Source: a virus
Taxonomy: Duplodnaviria; Heunggongvirae; Uroviricota; Caudoviricetes
DNA length: 44,146 bases
Virus record (IMG/VR): IMGVR_UViG_2698536573_000002
Strand: one strand, 5' to 3'
Position numbers and translations under genes: made by a program. Under the pieces are notes generated by a model, which saw only the letters and a program-made list of their open reading frames with translations, was not told where the DNA came from and did not search any database. Positions 10,557-20,408 of this stretch are shown here, piece after piece (the stretch's first letter is position 1; every line of letters begins with the position of its first letter).

Positions 10557-11042
10557 TTAGATAAACTCCTGAGACTGAATATTCTGAGGCTTTAATACTA
10601 TCCACGTTCCAGTTGCTTCCGTTATCCAATATGGATACGGTTGATCATCAAACATTCGCCATCTGATATCGCCCTGAAAGAGAAATTTCTCTTCAAGTAA
10701 AGGCTTCTCCTGAAAATGAAACATCATCCTTTCAAGAAGAGCCATTACCCATTCATATCCAGTATGGTCCTCACAAAAACCACCTAGAAGAAACTTAACC
10801 TTAACTTCATCCGTTTCAGGCTGCATTCCTCCTTCCGTGGGCCTGATAATCACATGAGGAAATTCTGGCGGTTTATCTGGAGATGGTTGTGATTTAGGAG
10901 GCAAGTACCCTTTAAATATTGTTGGAACAAACAATTTAATATCGCTGTCTGTTTCATCATAAGGAGGTCCCTGCACTAATAAATCATGGAAAACCTCATG
11001 TTCCAACCGATTTTTTATTGCATCTATCAAAAGATTAATCAA
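10557..11042 (-). CDS. hypothetical head-tail joining/tail completion protein
   Basis: 161 aa, position between capsid and sheath. Confidence 0.3.
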   Translation of the reverse strand: MINLLIDAIKNRLEHEVFHDLLVQGPPYDETDSDIKLFVPTIFKGYLPPKSQPSPDKPPEFPHVIIRPTEGGMQPETDEVKVKFLLGGFCEDHTGYEWVMALLERMMFHFQEKPLLEEKFLFQGDIRWRMFDDQPYPYWITEATGTWIVLKPQNIQSQEFI

Positions 11043-11383
11043 ATCGGCATTCCTCTGTTAGTATTAACAGTGAGAGTTATTTCCAATACACCAACATTAT
11101 CTGATACTTCATCAACAATATAATTTTTACCGTTGATTTTCATTGACTGGTCTTTGACAGGGAGAACAGGAAAATCTTTTCTTGAAACAAATAATATTAT
11201 TTGCCCCTGATTTATTCCCTCTGCAAACTCAGCATATGAGCGTTTATTCCGCTCATGAATAAGGTCTGTATCAATAACGGCAAGGATATCCTTGCCGTCT
11301 ATGTTATATGTATCGGCAAACTCTTTTTCATTGAGGAATATTGCAGAAATATCTTGCGCTATAACCTCTTTGAAGGAGTTCAT
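11039..11383 (-). CDS. hypothetical head completion protein
   Basis: 114 aa, overlapping starts/stops with neighbours. Confidence 0.3.
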   Translation of the reverse strand: MNSFKEVIAQDISAIFLNEKEFADTYNIDGKDILAVIDTDLIHERNKRSYAEFAEGINQGQIILFVSRKDFPVLPVKDQSMKINGKNYIVDEVSDNVGVLEITLTVNTNRGMPI

Positions 11384-11775
11384 TACTTCTTATTACCTTT
11401 TTTTTGCGTTGATTTTTTCGCATTACTGGTATCAGAAGTAGCTACAGATTCAGATGAATCATCAGCAACCGTTTCCTCATTGCCGCCATCATCCTCAAAC
11501 TCAACCTCGAATACACAGCTACCCGCCTCCGTTCGCGTAATCAACCCCGCGTCCACAGCATCATTAACAGCAGATGCGTATCCATGCTCAAAAGCTAACT
11601 TAGCAGCATCATAGCCCCCAGCCGATGCCAAATCACCATCCTCTTCGGTGGCAATAGCATGTCCTGACGCAATCAGTTCGGCAATTCTGGAGTTATCCAT
11701 TAGCCCATTAAGCAAACGGCCCGCTTTTAGCGAGCCGTGGCTTATCGTATCAATGTTTTTAATCAGTCTGGCCAT
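11383..11775 (-). CDS. hypothetical acidic protein downstream of major capsid gene
   Basis: 130 aa, acidic middle, Ser/Thr/Lys-rich tail. Confidence 0.3.
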   Translation of the reverse strand: MARLIKNIDTISHGSLKAGRLLNGLMDNSRIAELIASGHAIATEEDGDLASAGGYDAAKLAFEHGYASAVNDAVDAGLITRTEAGSCVFEVEFEDDGGNEETVADDSSESVATSDTSNAKKSTQKKGNKK

Positions 11776-12819
11776 TTAAACCACCTTAGCCACCAGATAG
11801 GCATCAGCCACACCAGGATTAGGCAGTGGAGATGACTTCATGGCAACATAACGGCCAGCCGGCTTACGAGTTACCCAGGTGTCTGGAACTCGTGGTGACT
11901 CAACAATCGTTAGAGTCTTTTCGGCGTCATCTACAAGCTCTACAGCACCATACAGCATCGTTCCTCGACCAGGAGAGCCAAAGAGGATCTTATCTTCCGG
12001 TACTAATGGTTCTGGTTTTCCTGTTTTATCATTGCGAATAAGTTCGTCGTAACCATAAAAATCGACACCTTCAAGATTGCCATAATGAGTTACGCCTTCT
12101 TCTAACTCCTTAGGCTCAATATACCCAAGCTCTTTTCGGCGATTATCAAGATATTTAGTTACTGCTTCATTTTTAACGAAGGCATCAACAACTTTTGCGC
12201 CCATTACGGCAACACGAGGTGTAAAACCTGAAGTTAGTGATACCCGACGTTTCCAGTTGCGAACATTGACTAACGGATCTGAGTTTGCTGCACTCCATAA
12301 ATCATCACCTGTCAGTTCAAGATATGGTTTATCTCCTTCCTCTTCAGGCCAAAAATAAACTGTGTCATCCACTCCTTCACCAACAATATCAACCTGCCCC
12401 GTAAACAAGACTTGTGCACACATCCATTCTTCACGGCGGTTAACCATTTCATCAAGCTCAAGCAAATCTTTACCTAATTGCTCGGCGGCTCGTTCTGCTG
12501 GCGATTTTGCGTTGTAAATATTCTCACCCGGAAGCCTGTTTAAAAGCAGCTCTGCTGTTGTTACCAAATCAGGTGCAACAAGTGGTGGCTCCAGAGTTCT
12601 CGTTACAAAGCCGCGTCGCTCAACGGTTTTTGAGCCAAAACCTTTACCAACAAACGGAGCCATAGTACGGCCACCGCGAACAAAATCCAGATCAACTTTC
12701 TTTGTATTAAAGGTCTGAACACCAGGAAAAAAAGTACGAAGAAGAAAACGACGAGCCTTGAAATTCTGAATAACAGGCTCAAGCATTGTACGTCGTTCAA
12801 AAATATCAATATTCGGCAT
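11776..12819 (-). CDS. major capsid protein, lambda gpE family
   Basis: 347 aa; shares blocks with lambda E as I recall it (LLNRLPGEN vs LRRLPDE region); position after protease and decoration-like gene. Confidence 0.8.
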   Translation of the reverse strand: MPNIDIFERRTMLEPVIQNFKARRFLLRTFFPGVQTFNTKKVDLDFVRGGRTMAPFVGKGFGSKTVERRGFVTRTLEPPLVAPDLVTTAELLLNRLPGENIYNAKSPAERAAEQLGKDLLELDEMVNRREEWMCAQVLFTGQVDIVGEGVDDTVYFWPEEEGDKPYLELTGDDLWSAANSDPLVNVRNWKRRVSLTSGFTPRVAVMGAKVVDAFVKNEAVTKYLDNRRKELGYIEPKELEEGVTHYGNLEGVDFYGYDELIRNDKTGKPEPLVPEDKILFGSPGRGTMLYGAVELVDDAEKTLTIVESPRVPDTWVTRKPAGRYVAMKSSPLPNPGVADAYLVAKVV

Positions 12820-12839
12820 AAAAATACGACCTCTTTATA

Positions 12840-13223
12840 TTATGCAGATGGATTTTGTTGTGCGGTATTAAGGAATATTCCAACCTTCCGGCAAGCCAGA
12901 TATACATCGGCAACCTTTGCTGATTCAGGAAGGATAACCGCACGTGCATTGAACATTCCGGTCAACCATGCTGTTCCTACTTGCGCTGAATCAGTCGCAT
13001 CAATACTGTGTTGAGCAATACAATACGGTTCTTTTGCCACTCCCTCTCCAGAGAGATTTATCGGAGCCACAGTGACAACATTTGTTGTCTGATCAATACT
13101 GACAAAAGCAAGTAACTCACCTCGTTTTACTTTACCGCTGGCAAGTTTAATACTTGTTGGAATTGCTGGCATACCACCAGAAATAATCAGATTATCTGGT
13201 TCAAATGAAAAAGACTCTCGCAT
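12840..13223 (-). CDS. putative head decoration protein (position-based)
   Basis: 127 aa ORF between protease/scaffold and major capsid, the slot of lambda D. Confidence 0.4.
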   Translation of the reverse strand: MRESFSFEPDNLIISGGMPAIPTSIKLASGKVKRGELLAFVSIDQTTNVVTVAPINLSGEGVAKEPYCIAQHSIDATDSAQVGTAWLTGMFNARAVILPESAKVADVYLACRKVGIFLNTAQQNPSA

Positions 13224-13232
13224 AAACTCACC

Positions 13233-14321
13233 TTAATTTTTATCGCGGTTTTTAAATACTGACCCAATAACATTTTTTACTGCTTCAGCCTGTTTGTTGC
13301 CGTTGTTTTCTGGTTGATTAACATCAACTGAATCATTCACCTCACTTGCGTCTTCTTGCCGTTGATTAAGAAAGTTTTTGTTACGCGCTCGCTCTGCATT
13401 CATAATTTCCAAAGCAAGGTCAGCCGCAGAAACTCCTGTTTTGAATTTTGCATTCTTAACCAGGTCGTCATGACCAGGAATCACGCTATTCTCGATTGTT
13501 TCAATGCGCTCGCGTTCTGATTTAACGCCCTCGTCTTTACCAGCATTAAAAACCTGATTGTATAATTCTGGATATTTGTTTTTTAATTCATCAAGAGTCA
13601 CAATATCGTCCTCATTTTGTTCATTTGATTCAGTAGATAACTCATTTTTATTTTGCGGCAACTTTGCGAGTGAATCAGGTAATTTTGAAAACCTTGATGC
13701 TTCAAAAGTTATTCCATTAAGCGAAAGCATCCCTTCCTTTATAGAAGCGGATAAGCGCATAGGTTTTTCAACTTCGTCAGCAAATCCAAGCTCTACAGCC
13801 TCTTCTGCATTTAGCCATGTTTCCTGATCCATTAGTTCAATTAATTTATCCTCAGAAAGCCCTGTTTTCTCCTTATATGCAGATAAAATACTATTTCGTA
13901 TCTTATCCATCATCTCAGCAATATCACGCAATTCATCCGCATCGCCAGCAGCAAATGTCCATGGATTATGGATCATCATCATAGCATTAGATGGGATAAT
14001 AATTTTATCACCCGCCATTGCAATAATGGTTGCAGCCGATGCAGCAATCCCGTCGATATAAACCGTAATATTCGCCTTATGACGCTTTAATGATGAAAGA
14101 ATAGCTTGAGCAGTAAAAACAGAACCACCATAACTATTAATTTTTACGCTGATAGTATTTGATGAAATATCCTTTAATTTATTAACTATGTCAGAAGAAG
14201 AAACCTCATCAAATTCACCAATATACCCGTAAATTAAAAGTTCAGCCGGAGAGTCATCTTCACCCGTGCTATTTTTTATTTCCCACCAATTAGGCATCAT
14301 CAGTCTCCATATTTTGTTCAT
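13233..14321 (-). CDS. head maturation protease (S49/ClpP-like) with C-terminal scaffold-like region
   Basis: 362 aa; N-terminal S49-like core (GGSV, AASAATIIAMAGD), C-terminal acidic coiled region. Confidence 0.8.
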   Translation of the reverse strand: MNKIWRLMMPNWWEIKNSTGEDDSPAELLIYGYIGEFDEVSSSDIVNKLKDISSNTISVKINSYGGSVFTAQAILSSLKRHKANITVYIDGIAASAATIIAMAGDKIIIPSNAMMMIHNPWTFAAGDADELRDIAEMMDKIRNSILSAYKEKTGLSEDKLIELMDQETWLNAEEAVELGFADEVEKPMRLSASIKEGMLSLNGITFEASRFSKLPDSLAKLPQNKNELSTESNEQNEDDIVTLDELKNKYPELYNQVFNAGKDEGVKSERERIETIENSVIPGHDDLVKNAKFKTGVSAADLALEIMNAERARNKNFLNQRQEDASEVNDSVDVNQPENNGNKQAEAVKNVIGSVFKNRDKN

Positions 14322-15864
14322 TTACCTCAGAAACAGGAGGTGTAATAAGCCCCAACTCACGGCGAGCATTCTCTTCTCTGCCACAGATTTGTGCGGTTTC
14401 TTCCCAGTTAAGACCTGACATTTCAGCCGCTTCCTTTTCACGGGTAGAGAATGTTTCCTCAACACGCAGTTTTGCAGCTTTGACTTCTTTAAGGGGATCT
14501 AATTGGCCTTGTGATGGGCCATACCATTGAGCGCCACTCCATGCAGAGCGATATTCAGGCCCATAAAAAAAACCAGGGGCAATAACACGACCTTTAGCAA
14601 CGGCTTCGGCCAACCATTCCTCATAGATCGGTTGGCAAAATGACTGAACCATCCAGTCACGTCGCATACGGAACATTTTCCAGGCTTCAAGTAATGCGGC
14701 CCTGCTTGCGCTATAACTTGCTGTAAAATGCTTTACCAAGAGTTCGTAAGGGAGTTCTAAAGCAGCCCCAATTTGACGGCATATGGCGACAACAAAACCA
14801 TCAAATGCCGTATTTGGTCGCCCGGGATTTGCTGTATCTATCGACTCACCTTCACCCAAACTTACTATGGAGCCATTCCCCATTTCTTGGGTGTTATCAT
14901 CATGGTTATCGATCTGCTCGTACTGAGGGATACCCGATTCACCGACTGGTCCATCAGGAGCGTCTGTTTTAATAAAGACAGTAAACATCCCTGACACAAC
15001 CGCAGCAACCAATTCAGCATCGGTGTATCGTCCTAACTGCTTCAATGCTTCAATTACAGGAGCAAGGACAGGAACGCCACGGCGTTGCCCAGGCCTTTCA
15101 AAATCCTGCATGACATGCAGAATATTTCTTCTTCCTGTTTTACTCCCATATGCGGGAATACGTTCCCACTTGCGGGTTACAAAACCAGAAGTCCCGGCTG
15201 GGTGATGTTTTGCAACCCAGTACGCCACAGGCTCGCTAAATTCACCAACCTCTACGCCACCGTAAAGATTTGGTATAAAACGATCCTCTGGATTGCAAAC
15301 ACGATCACCTTCAATTAAATAGACGCACAAATCATATATAACACCCTTACGCTTAATAACTGGTAGCGCAGCAAATATATCGCCAGATGTTAACGCAGAT
15401 ATTTGAACCAATGATTGCAATTGTCCAAAAGTACACATTCTTGATGCATCACAATTTGGAGAATCAGCCCATAATCTAAACTCACGCTCAACATGTTTTT
15501 CCCATGCTCGCGCTTCTTCCTGCGTCATCCCCAAGAAATCGGCATCAATGTTCGCATTTAGTTTTAAACCGGAACCAACAACGTTTGTCCTGATAGTTTT
15601 TATTGCGCCAACCGATAGCGGGTTTCCCATGAAGAGATCACGAGAACGCTCACGTAATTTATCTATATTTTTAACAATATCCTCATCAGGAGAACCAGCT
15701 TTACTAAACCAACCCCTTAATGATTTTTTATGAGTGCTTGCACCATGACGTGAATATCCAAGGTTATTAATACCTTCAAGTGCTTCTAACCGTTTTCTTG
15801 CCAAAGCTCGATTTAATGCCCTCTGAGGTGAAAACGGTGCAATAACTCGATCAAGAATATTCAT
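14290..15864 (-). CDS. portal protein, lambda gpB family
   Basis: 524 aa between gpW-like gene and protease. Confidence 0.8.
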   Translation of the reverse strand: MNILDRVIAPFSPQRALNRALARKRLEALEGINNLGYSRHGASTHKKSLRGWFSKAGSPDEDIVKNIDKLRERSRDLFMGNPLSVGAIKTIRTNVVGSGLKLNANIDADFLGMTQEEARAWEKHVEREFRLWADSPNCDASRMCTFGQLQSLVQISALTSGDIFAALPVIKRKGVIYDLCVYLIEGDRVCNPEDRFIPNLYGGVEVGEFSEPVAYWVAKHHPAGTSGFVTRKWERIPAYGSKTGRRNILHVMQDFERPGQRRGVPVLAPVIEALKQLGRYTDAELVAAVVSGMFTVFIKTDAPDGPVGESGIPQYEQIDNHDDNTQEMGNGSIVSLGEGESIDTANPGRPNTAFDGFVVAICRQIGAALELPYELLVKHFTASYSASRAALLEAWKMFRMRRDWMVQSFCQPIYEEWLAEAVAKGRVIAPGFFYGPEYRSAWSGAQWYGPSQGQLDPLKEVKAAKLRVEETFSTREKEAAEMSGLNWEETAQICGREENARRELGLITPPVSEVNEQNMETDDA

Positions 15865-16100
15865 AAATCTCTTATCACCACTCGTTTAATTCGTGGGCCT
15901 CGGCGTATACCTGCTGATAATCTTTCTACTTCATTACGCCAGTAATCCATCTCTTTTCTGACTTCTGATAAATCCGCACGAGTTAACTGCCGCGTACCAA
16001 ATTTATATGACTGACCGCCAATAGCAATAGCACGATATGCTTCCCGCCAGACAGATAACATCTCTCTGGCTTCAGTCAGAGAAAATGCTTCATTGTTCAT
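15861..16100 (-). CDS. head-tail joining protein W
   Basis: 79 aa small ORF between terminase large subunit and portal, as lambda W. Confidence 0.65.
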   Translation of the reverse strand: MNNEAFSLTEAREMLSVWREAYRAIAIGGQSYKFGTRQLTRADLSEVRKEMDYWRNEVERLSAGIRRGPRIKRVVIRDL

Positions 16101-16111
16101 TTATATTTCCT

Positions 16112-17968
16112 CTATATGTTTACGCCTTTACTTATAACTCTACGGCGTCTTCTACGTATACCTGACGAGTTCTGCACATACACATTACCTCGCATTTCCT
16201 GTTCGGCAAGCCAGTTAAAATTAGGGTTCAGAATTTCCATCGCGGCAGTTGCATAGTTACGGCAATCAAGAGGCTCGTTACGCTCGTAGACTTTCACCCA
16301 CTTTTCTTTTGTCTGCCCATTTTTATATTCAAATATTTTTTTCTCTGATAATAATCCTTTAAAGTATTCGGTATCATATCCTCTGTCAGAATCTAATGGG
16401 AAATGCATATAACCAGGACCAGGATCATGTAGTTTAATTCTTGCCATGATGGTCCCTTTACCATCATCAACCCCCAAATTAAACAACATAGCACCCACAC
16501 GGTTATTATTACTTGGCTTTCCTATAAATGGTAAACCTACCCCACCACGCCCCCTGATAGAGTATATTCGCCTTGATTCTCTCAGCTTAGTGAAGCGATA
16601 TACCTCTGTCGTAAAATGCCCACCAGAGTCAATACAAACAGAAGAAATCTGTAATTTTCGACCGTCACGGAATGACCAGCTACGGAGTAAGTATTCATCA
16701 AGTTGTTTCCAGACAACATCTTGTGCGGGATCACCTGGGAATATTTTATATTCTATCCCCCATGACTCCTTACCTTTTCCCCAACCGACCAATTCACAAA
16801 CTAAATACGTGTCCTGTACGTCAACACCAGCACTTAACAATAAAACATCATCTGGTAAAAACTCTTCAAACCTTATTCTGCGTTGCAACAAGTATTCAGG
16901 ATCGATATCGTCTTTAGCATCCTCTTTCCATGGCTCACCCAGCTTAAGGTTAATAAACTCCATTAATCCATTTTTATCGCGGTTTCTGGTTGCTTCCGTA
17001 AATTCTTCAACCAGCTCTGACAATGCAACCCACGGGGAGTAAAGACTGTTAATATGAAAACCAACAATACCTTTAACTCCAGTATGTTCAGCTATCCATA
17101 CCCCCTTTGCCAACCAATCAACGTCTGGTTTACCAGATCCGCGCATAATCCCGCCGCACTCACAGCACTCATATCTGGCCGTTTCCGGTAACGCCTCACC
17201 TGAATCGCTCTTATCCCATCTGACTTGCGACCATTTCATCACCTGCATGGTGCCACAACATGGGCAAGGAACATGGTAGTAACGCTGATCGGAGAGCTTA
17301 AACCACTTGTGGATTTTGCTCGTTTCCTCAAAAACAGGAGTAGAAACAAAAACTTTCTTACGATTATGAAAGTTGGTAGTACGCTGAATACCTAGTTTTA
17401 GTGGGTCGCCCTCCTGCGTCACACCGTAACGATCAATCTCATCAGCTAACAGTATTCGAATTGGCCTGGATGCAAGACCTGCTGGGGAATTAGCACCAAC
17501 AAGTGCTATATATCCACCAGCGTAATGCTTCATACGTATAGTCGTGCTGGACTTTTTGGCTGCACCGCGCCCCTCTTTTCCTTCATGCAGCTTGTGTTTC
17601 AAACCAGGGGAATATTTGAACGTCGGATCAATACGCTCCTTTGAAAAAGCCTCAGCCGCCTCTACCGTTGGATAAATCATCAACTGAGGAGATGGCTCCT
17701 GATCTGCAAAGTAACCCATAACATTTAGCTGTAATTCGGATTTACCAATTTGCGAGCTACATTGCATCACTACTGTTTCTGTATCAGCGTCACCAATAAC
17801 ATCCATTGGTTCACGCAAATATGGCACTCGGCTTGTACGCCACGGCCCTGGCTCTGGAGACGTTCCCGGCGCTACATGACGATACTTATCAGCCCATTCG
17901 GAAACAGTTAGCCGTGATTTAGGGCGAAGCGCACGGAAAAAAGCGGTGCTCCATACTGTTTCGCCCAT
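16112..17968 (-). CDS. terminase large subunit, lambda gpA family
   Basis: 618 aa; size and position fit lambda A. Confidence 0.85.
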   Translation of the reverse strand: MGETVWSTAFFRALRPKSRLTVSEWADKYRHVAPGTSPEPGPWRTSRVPYLREPMDVIGDADTETVVMQCSSQIGKSELQLNVMGYFADQEPSPQLMIYPTVEAAEAFSKERIDPTFKYSPGLKHKLHEGKEGRGAAKKSSTTIRMKHYAGGYIALVGANSPAGLASRPIRILLADEIDRYGVTQEGDPLKLGIQRTTNFHNRKKVFVSTPVFEETSKIHKWFKLSDQRYYHVPCPCCGTMQVMKWSQVRWDKSDSGEALPETARYECCECGGIMRGSGKPDVDWLAKGVWIAEHTGVKGIVGFHINSLYSPWVALSELVEEFTEATRNRDKNGLMEFINLKLGEPWKEDAKDDIDPEYLLQRRIRFEEFLPDDVLLLSAGVDVQDTYLVCELVGWGKGKESWGIEYKIFPGDPAQDVVWKQLDEYLLRSWSFRDGRKLQISSVCIDSGGHFTTEVYRFTKLRESRRIYSIRGRGGVGLPFIGKPSNNNRVGAMLFNLGVDDGKGTIMARIKLHDPGPGYMHFPLDSDRGYDTEYFKGLLSEKKIFEYKNGQTKEKWVKVYERNEPLDCRNYATAAMEILNPNFNWLAEQEMRGNVYVQNSSGIRRRRRRVISKGVNI

Positions 17969-17973
17969 GAGGT

Positions 17974-18534
17974 TTATTCTTCCTGCTTAATAAATCGGGA
18001 TTCCTGGAGCGCCTGAAGCGCAAAATTAATCTCGTCTTCAATAATGCGTTCGATCTCCCTGGCTGTTTTGCCTTCACAACGGGGAGCTGCTCTTGGAGCA
18101 ATACTAAATAAGCGGCTACGCAATTCATTAGCTGCCAGAAATGCATCATCCCTGACCGTATCTTTAGCGATGAGAGAGCCTTCCTTTTCTTCAAATTCAA
18201 GGCGTTTCAGCTTTGCCTGATAAATTTTTTCTGCGGTCTTAGCCTTGTTGAATTGCACCGCAACACCGGAAGTACCACCAGCTAATCCGGCATCATCAGC
18301 GGGTAACTCTGGTTGTTCCGAAGATATCCCATGCCCTCTTTTTCCATTTTCAGCAGATACCTCACGACCAACCTGTCGACTCGCTTCATAAGCCGTACTG
18401 GCTTTATCAAAATCCAGCTTGCCGCTTTTCAGCACTGGAATGCGACCGGAACGACAGAGCTTCGTAACCATTGCCGGAGAAATACCTTTCCGGCGGGCAA
18501 ACTCTGACTTACTGACGATGGCCATTACTTGCAA
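17974..18534 (-). CDS. terminase small subunit (putative)
   Basis: 186 aa with N-terminal HTH-like segment immediately upstream of large subunit. Confidence 0.5.
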   Translation of the reverse strand: MQVMAIVSKSEFARRKGISPAMVTKLCRSGRIPVLKSGKLDFDKASTAYEASRQVGREVSAENGKRGHGISSEQPELPADDAGLAGGTSGVAVQFNKAKTAEKIYQAKLKRLEFEEKEGSLIAKDTVRDDAFLAANELRSRLFSIAPRAAPRCEGKTAREIERIIEDEINFALQALQESRFIKQEE

Positions 18535-19115
18535 CCATTAGCAAGATACTGAACAAATCCCTCATGCGTTTCATGCGCATCGTGGTACTGACGATAAACA
18601 TCCAGCAACAATGCAATTTCCATATCCGTCGCGGGAATACGTTCTTTATCAATAGCCAGGTACTTAATTTGAACAACAGGGGAAGAATTATCGTCTTCTT
18701 CCTGCGGCTGTTCATCGCTTAACATTTCGTCAAGCTCTGCATCATTAAACCCAAGCAGATCAATATCAAAATCATCATCCATTAACTCTTTGACTTCTTC
18801 GGCCAGAAGCTGCATATCCCAGCCAGCATTTAAGGCCAGCTTGTTATCTGCAATCCTGTACGCCTTCTTCTGTTTTTCAGAAAGGTTACTCAACCGAATC
18901 GCCGGAACTTTATCCATTTCCAGAATTTCGGCTGCTGCAAGCCGCCCATGCCCCGCAATCAGTTCATTCTTTTCATCGATCAGCACAGGATTAGTGAAAC
19001 CGAACTCACGGATACTGTTCACCAACTGTTCAACTTGCTCATCTGAATGAGTCCGTGAATTTTTGGCATATCTGAGCAGCTTACCGACTGGTAAATATTC
19101 GATTTTTAGAGCCAT
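18525..19115 (-). CDS. ParB-like nuclease domain protein
   Basis: 196 aa; ParB N-domain motif ...ELIAGHGRLAAA...; paralog of 21782-22405. Confidence 0.7.
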   Translation of the reverse strand: MALKIEYLPVGKLLRYAKNSRTHSDEQVEQLVNSIREFGFTNPVLIDEKNELIAGHGRLAAAEILEMDKVPAIRLSNLSEKQKKAYRIADNKLALNAGWDMQLLAEEVKELMDDDFDIDLLGFNDAELDEMLSDEQPQEEDDNSSPVVQIKYLAIDKERIPATDMEIALLLDVYRQYHDAHETHEGFVQYLANGCK

Positions 19116-19672
19116 TTTTTAACCGCCATAACACAACAGGTTAAAGAAAACTGTTTAACTTATTGATACTAAAAGAGAAAAATGACGATCTTTTTACTCA
19201 TAAAAAATCACACAAACCAGCATAATTATCTGATTTTATTAAGTTTTTATAAGTAAAAAGGATCTTGCGATGGTGTTTTGGTTAAAAGATCGGATGTATT
19301 TGCATGATTTATAACGATTTTTATCAGAACAACATCACATTGGTTAAAGATCTGCGCGTATCTTGATGATCTAAAAGAAAATTTCCTACTTTCTTTTTAC
19401 CAGCACAAATACAGCAAAAAATCACGTTTTCCCGATATTTTTCAATGAGATGAGTAAATTTCTTTTACCGCAACTTTTAACCTAACTTTTTTCACGTTTA
19501 GCTAGCCGAACATCGGGGTTCGAATGACCCGCATCCAACGCTTTTGGCCAGAAGGACCCAATTCTGCCGGACGATGAAACGATGCTCGTGCCCACCCACA
19601 GACAGCCAGCGAGCAACGCTACAGAACACAGTGAATACACCCTGCATAACAACACCATCAACCACACGATGA

Positions 19673-20392
19673 TTAACGAGAGAACGTCTTAGAAAGAATG
19701 TCATCAATAGCCTTTGTGACTTCATCAGCAAACGCATTCTCACCAGCACGCAGCGCCACGCCATGCCAATCAAGACGCTGCGAATAGTTAGGTTGCTGGA
19801 TAAACGTAAGGATCAACGTAGGACGCCGCCCAACGCGCTGCCAGACGCCTGGTTGAAGCGGGTTACTTGTACCAGGTCGAACAACAAAAAACTCCGTAGG
19901 CTTGCCCTGACGGCGATTTTGATGCGCATCTCGCTGAACTCTTAGGCCAGATAAGACCTGCTGTAATTGCCCCCGCGAAATATTCCCGTATTTGTCCAGC
20001 TTTGCGCCGGGACCAGGAGCAAGCTGCCAGCCGTTAGGCAAATATCCACCAGCCCTTAGCGCCCCTTCTGAGCGTTTGTACTGTCGTTGGCCACCTTCGA
20101 TTTGCGGAGTCAACGTTACAGGGGCTGGCGTTCCTCCCCATTCACGAGCATACACAATGGCTGTAGGATCACTCTTCTTTGCGGCCAAAACGTAAGTAGA
20201 GTTCTGAATCCACGGCGTGGGCCTGTCAAATACCCGATTAATTTCATTCTTAATCGCAGCCTGAGAAGCCTTTGCCGTTCTGGTTGCCGCAAGCGCCATT
20301 GCGAACGGCAATTCGCGTTCTTCAAGGCGCTGGAGTTGTCGTTGAATATCCTGAGAAGAAAAATCCATCTTTATCTCAATTCTGTCAGCCAC
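19673..20392 (-). CDS. hypothetical protein
   Basis: 239 aa ORF, Gly/Pro/Gln-rich; no family recognised. Confidence 0.3.
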   Translation of the reverse strand: MADRIEIKMDFSSQDIQRQLQRLEERELPFAMALAATRTAKASQAAIKNEINRVFDRPTPWIQNSTYVLAAKKSDPTAIVYAREWGGTPAPVTLTPQIEGGQRQYKRSEGALRAGGYLPNGWQLAPGPGAKLDKYGNISRGQLQQVLSGLRVQRDAHQNRRQGKPTEFFVVRPGTSNPLQPGVWQRVGRRPTLILTFIQQPNYSQRLDWHGVALRAGENAFADEVTKAIDDILSKTFSR

Positions 20393-20408
20393 CAGCGCCT
20401 CCTACACA

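Noticed and set aside
14499-17042. Internal or antisense ORFs within the portal and terminase genes
   Set aside because: Nested inside long, well-supported coding regions; no independent start signals.
19482-19773. Two overlapping minus-strand ORFs and a tRNA-like GGTTCGAAT segment near 19505-19520
   Set aside because: ORFs lack RBS and look non-coding; the T-arm-like segment cannot be folded into a complete cloverleaf.
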